From assembly GCF_009914755.1 (NCBI RefSeq), contig NC_060933.1: a stretch of DNA of 64,000 bases. One strand, given 5' to 3'. This DNA comes from the human T2T-CHM13v2.0 reference genome, Homo sapiens. The translations under genes and the position numbers were made by a program. Every line of letters starts with the position of its first letter. Position 1 is the first letter of the stretch. A model generated the notes under the pieces. The model saw nothing but the letters and a program-made list of their open reading frames with translations, was not told where the DNA came from and did no database searches. This document shows positions 62,835 to 64,000 of this stretch, piece by piece.

Positions 62835-64000
62835 CAAACTGGTAAATGATTGTCTTATATATTATCTTTAAGAAGAGATTTTTCAGGTTTAAGAATGTAT
62901 GTATCACTATAACACATTTTGAAACGCATATATTTTGTACACATTCGACCATATTCTATCATAAAATGTACTCAATATATCAAGAAAACACGAGAATCAA
63001 GTGAAAAACTTTACATAAAATGATATACTTGAACAAATATCTACAAAATATTTCAAAAACCAAGCATCACTATCATCATATGTATAGACTACTTATGAAT
63101 CTGTGAAACAAGATGTACATTTCAACAACAAAAGAGGCAAAAAACCCACATATAGACACACACAAAATACAAAAGAAATTAAAAATGTAAAATGCCATTA
63201 AGAATACTAGAATTTTTTAATGTCAAGAATCATCAGCAAAACCATAAAATAAGACACCCCCTATGTAATGCTGGCTACATATTTAAGGGAACCCTGGATT
63301 TTCTTCTGGTGTAACAAGATAGGCACTTTCATACACTACTATTAGAATAATAAACTGGTACAGCCTTTCTTAAAAAAGCTTAGCAATATTTATTGCAATC
63401 CTTAAAAATGGTAAGTTCATAACTTTTGAACTAGTAATTCTATTTCTAGGGCTTTATACCAATGAAACAATCAAAGATGCAAATACCTGTGTACAAGGAT
63501 ATTTATTAGCATGTTATTTTTACTAACTAGAATTCAAAGAATCTATAGGTTCAACAACAGGATAATACATAAATAATTTATTTTATATTCATATAATGGA
63601 ATATTACGCAAGCATCAATATATTTTTGAAAAAATGATGGATAACAAGAACGTGGTATAAGTTTAGATGTAAAAGACACAGAGATAAAATTGTACTTACA
63701 GAATGATCCATACTTAAGTCTACTGTAATAGTGCCATATCTTTTTATCTTATTTCATTATGATAAAATATTTATTTTACTACAATAAGTTTAAAATGTTT
63801 TATTTGAAACATTATGAAGATCCTAAATTAGTAATCAGCACACTTTCTTACAGGTAGTAAATATTTTAGTCTTTGCAGGGTTTAATTTATATTTAATCAT
63901 AGGCCAAGAGGCACAATCAAAAATGTTATATAGCTTCTTATATAATTATTTAAAATATCACCACTTCAAGTTGTAAAAAGCAGGCAGCTGGCTACCATTT

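Overview
Human genomic DNA containing the 5' half of RASEF (RAB45; EF-hand, coiled-coil and Rab protein) on the minus strand. Coding exon 1 (42002-42432) lies in a CpG island, followed by a 36.5-kb intron 1, exon 2 (5338-5484) and exon 3 (1899-1989). The gene continues beyond the left edge. About 21 kb of repeat-rich upstream DNA (43-64 kb) has no recognisable gene. The main accessory feature is a full-length young LINE-1 in intron 1 with pre-Ta L1HS diagnostics (ACG/G), oriented sense to RASEF. It has a 15-bp TSD, intact ORF1 and ORF0, an ORF2 split by a 1-bp homopolymer deletion, and a ~20-nt non-L1 5' extension that may be a 5' transduction. Also present are about ten Alus, MaLR/ERVL LTRs, DNA-transposon relics including a probable Blackjack hAT transposase, a tailless 5S rRNA retropseudogene and a nested tandem duplication. 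I found no evidence of a wholly new biological system. The best leads concern the biology of this L1 copy and cryptic processing just downstream of RASEF exon 1. Repeat subfamily names and boundaries come from visual recognition and are approximate.
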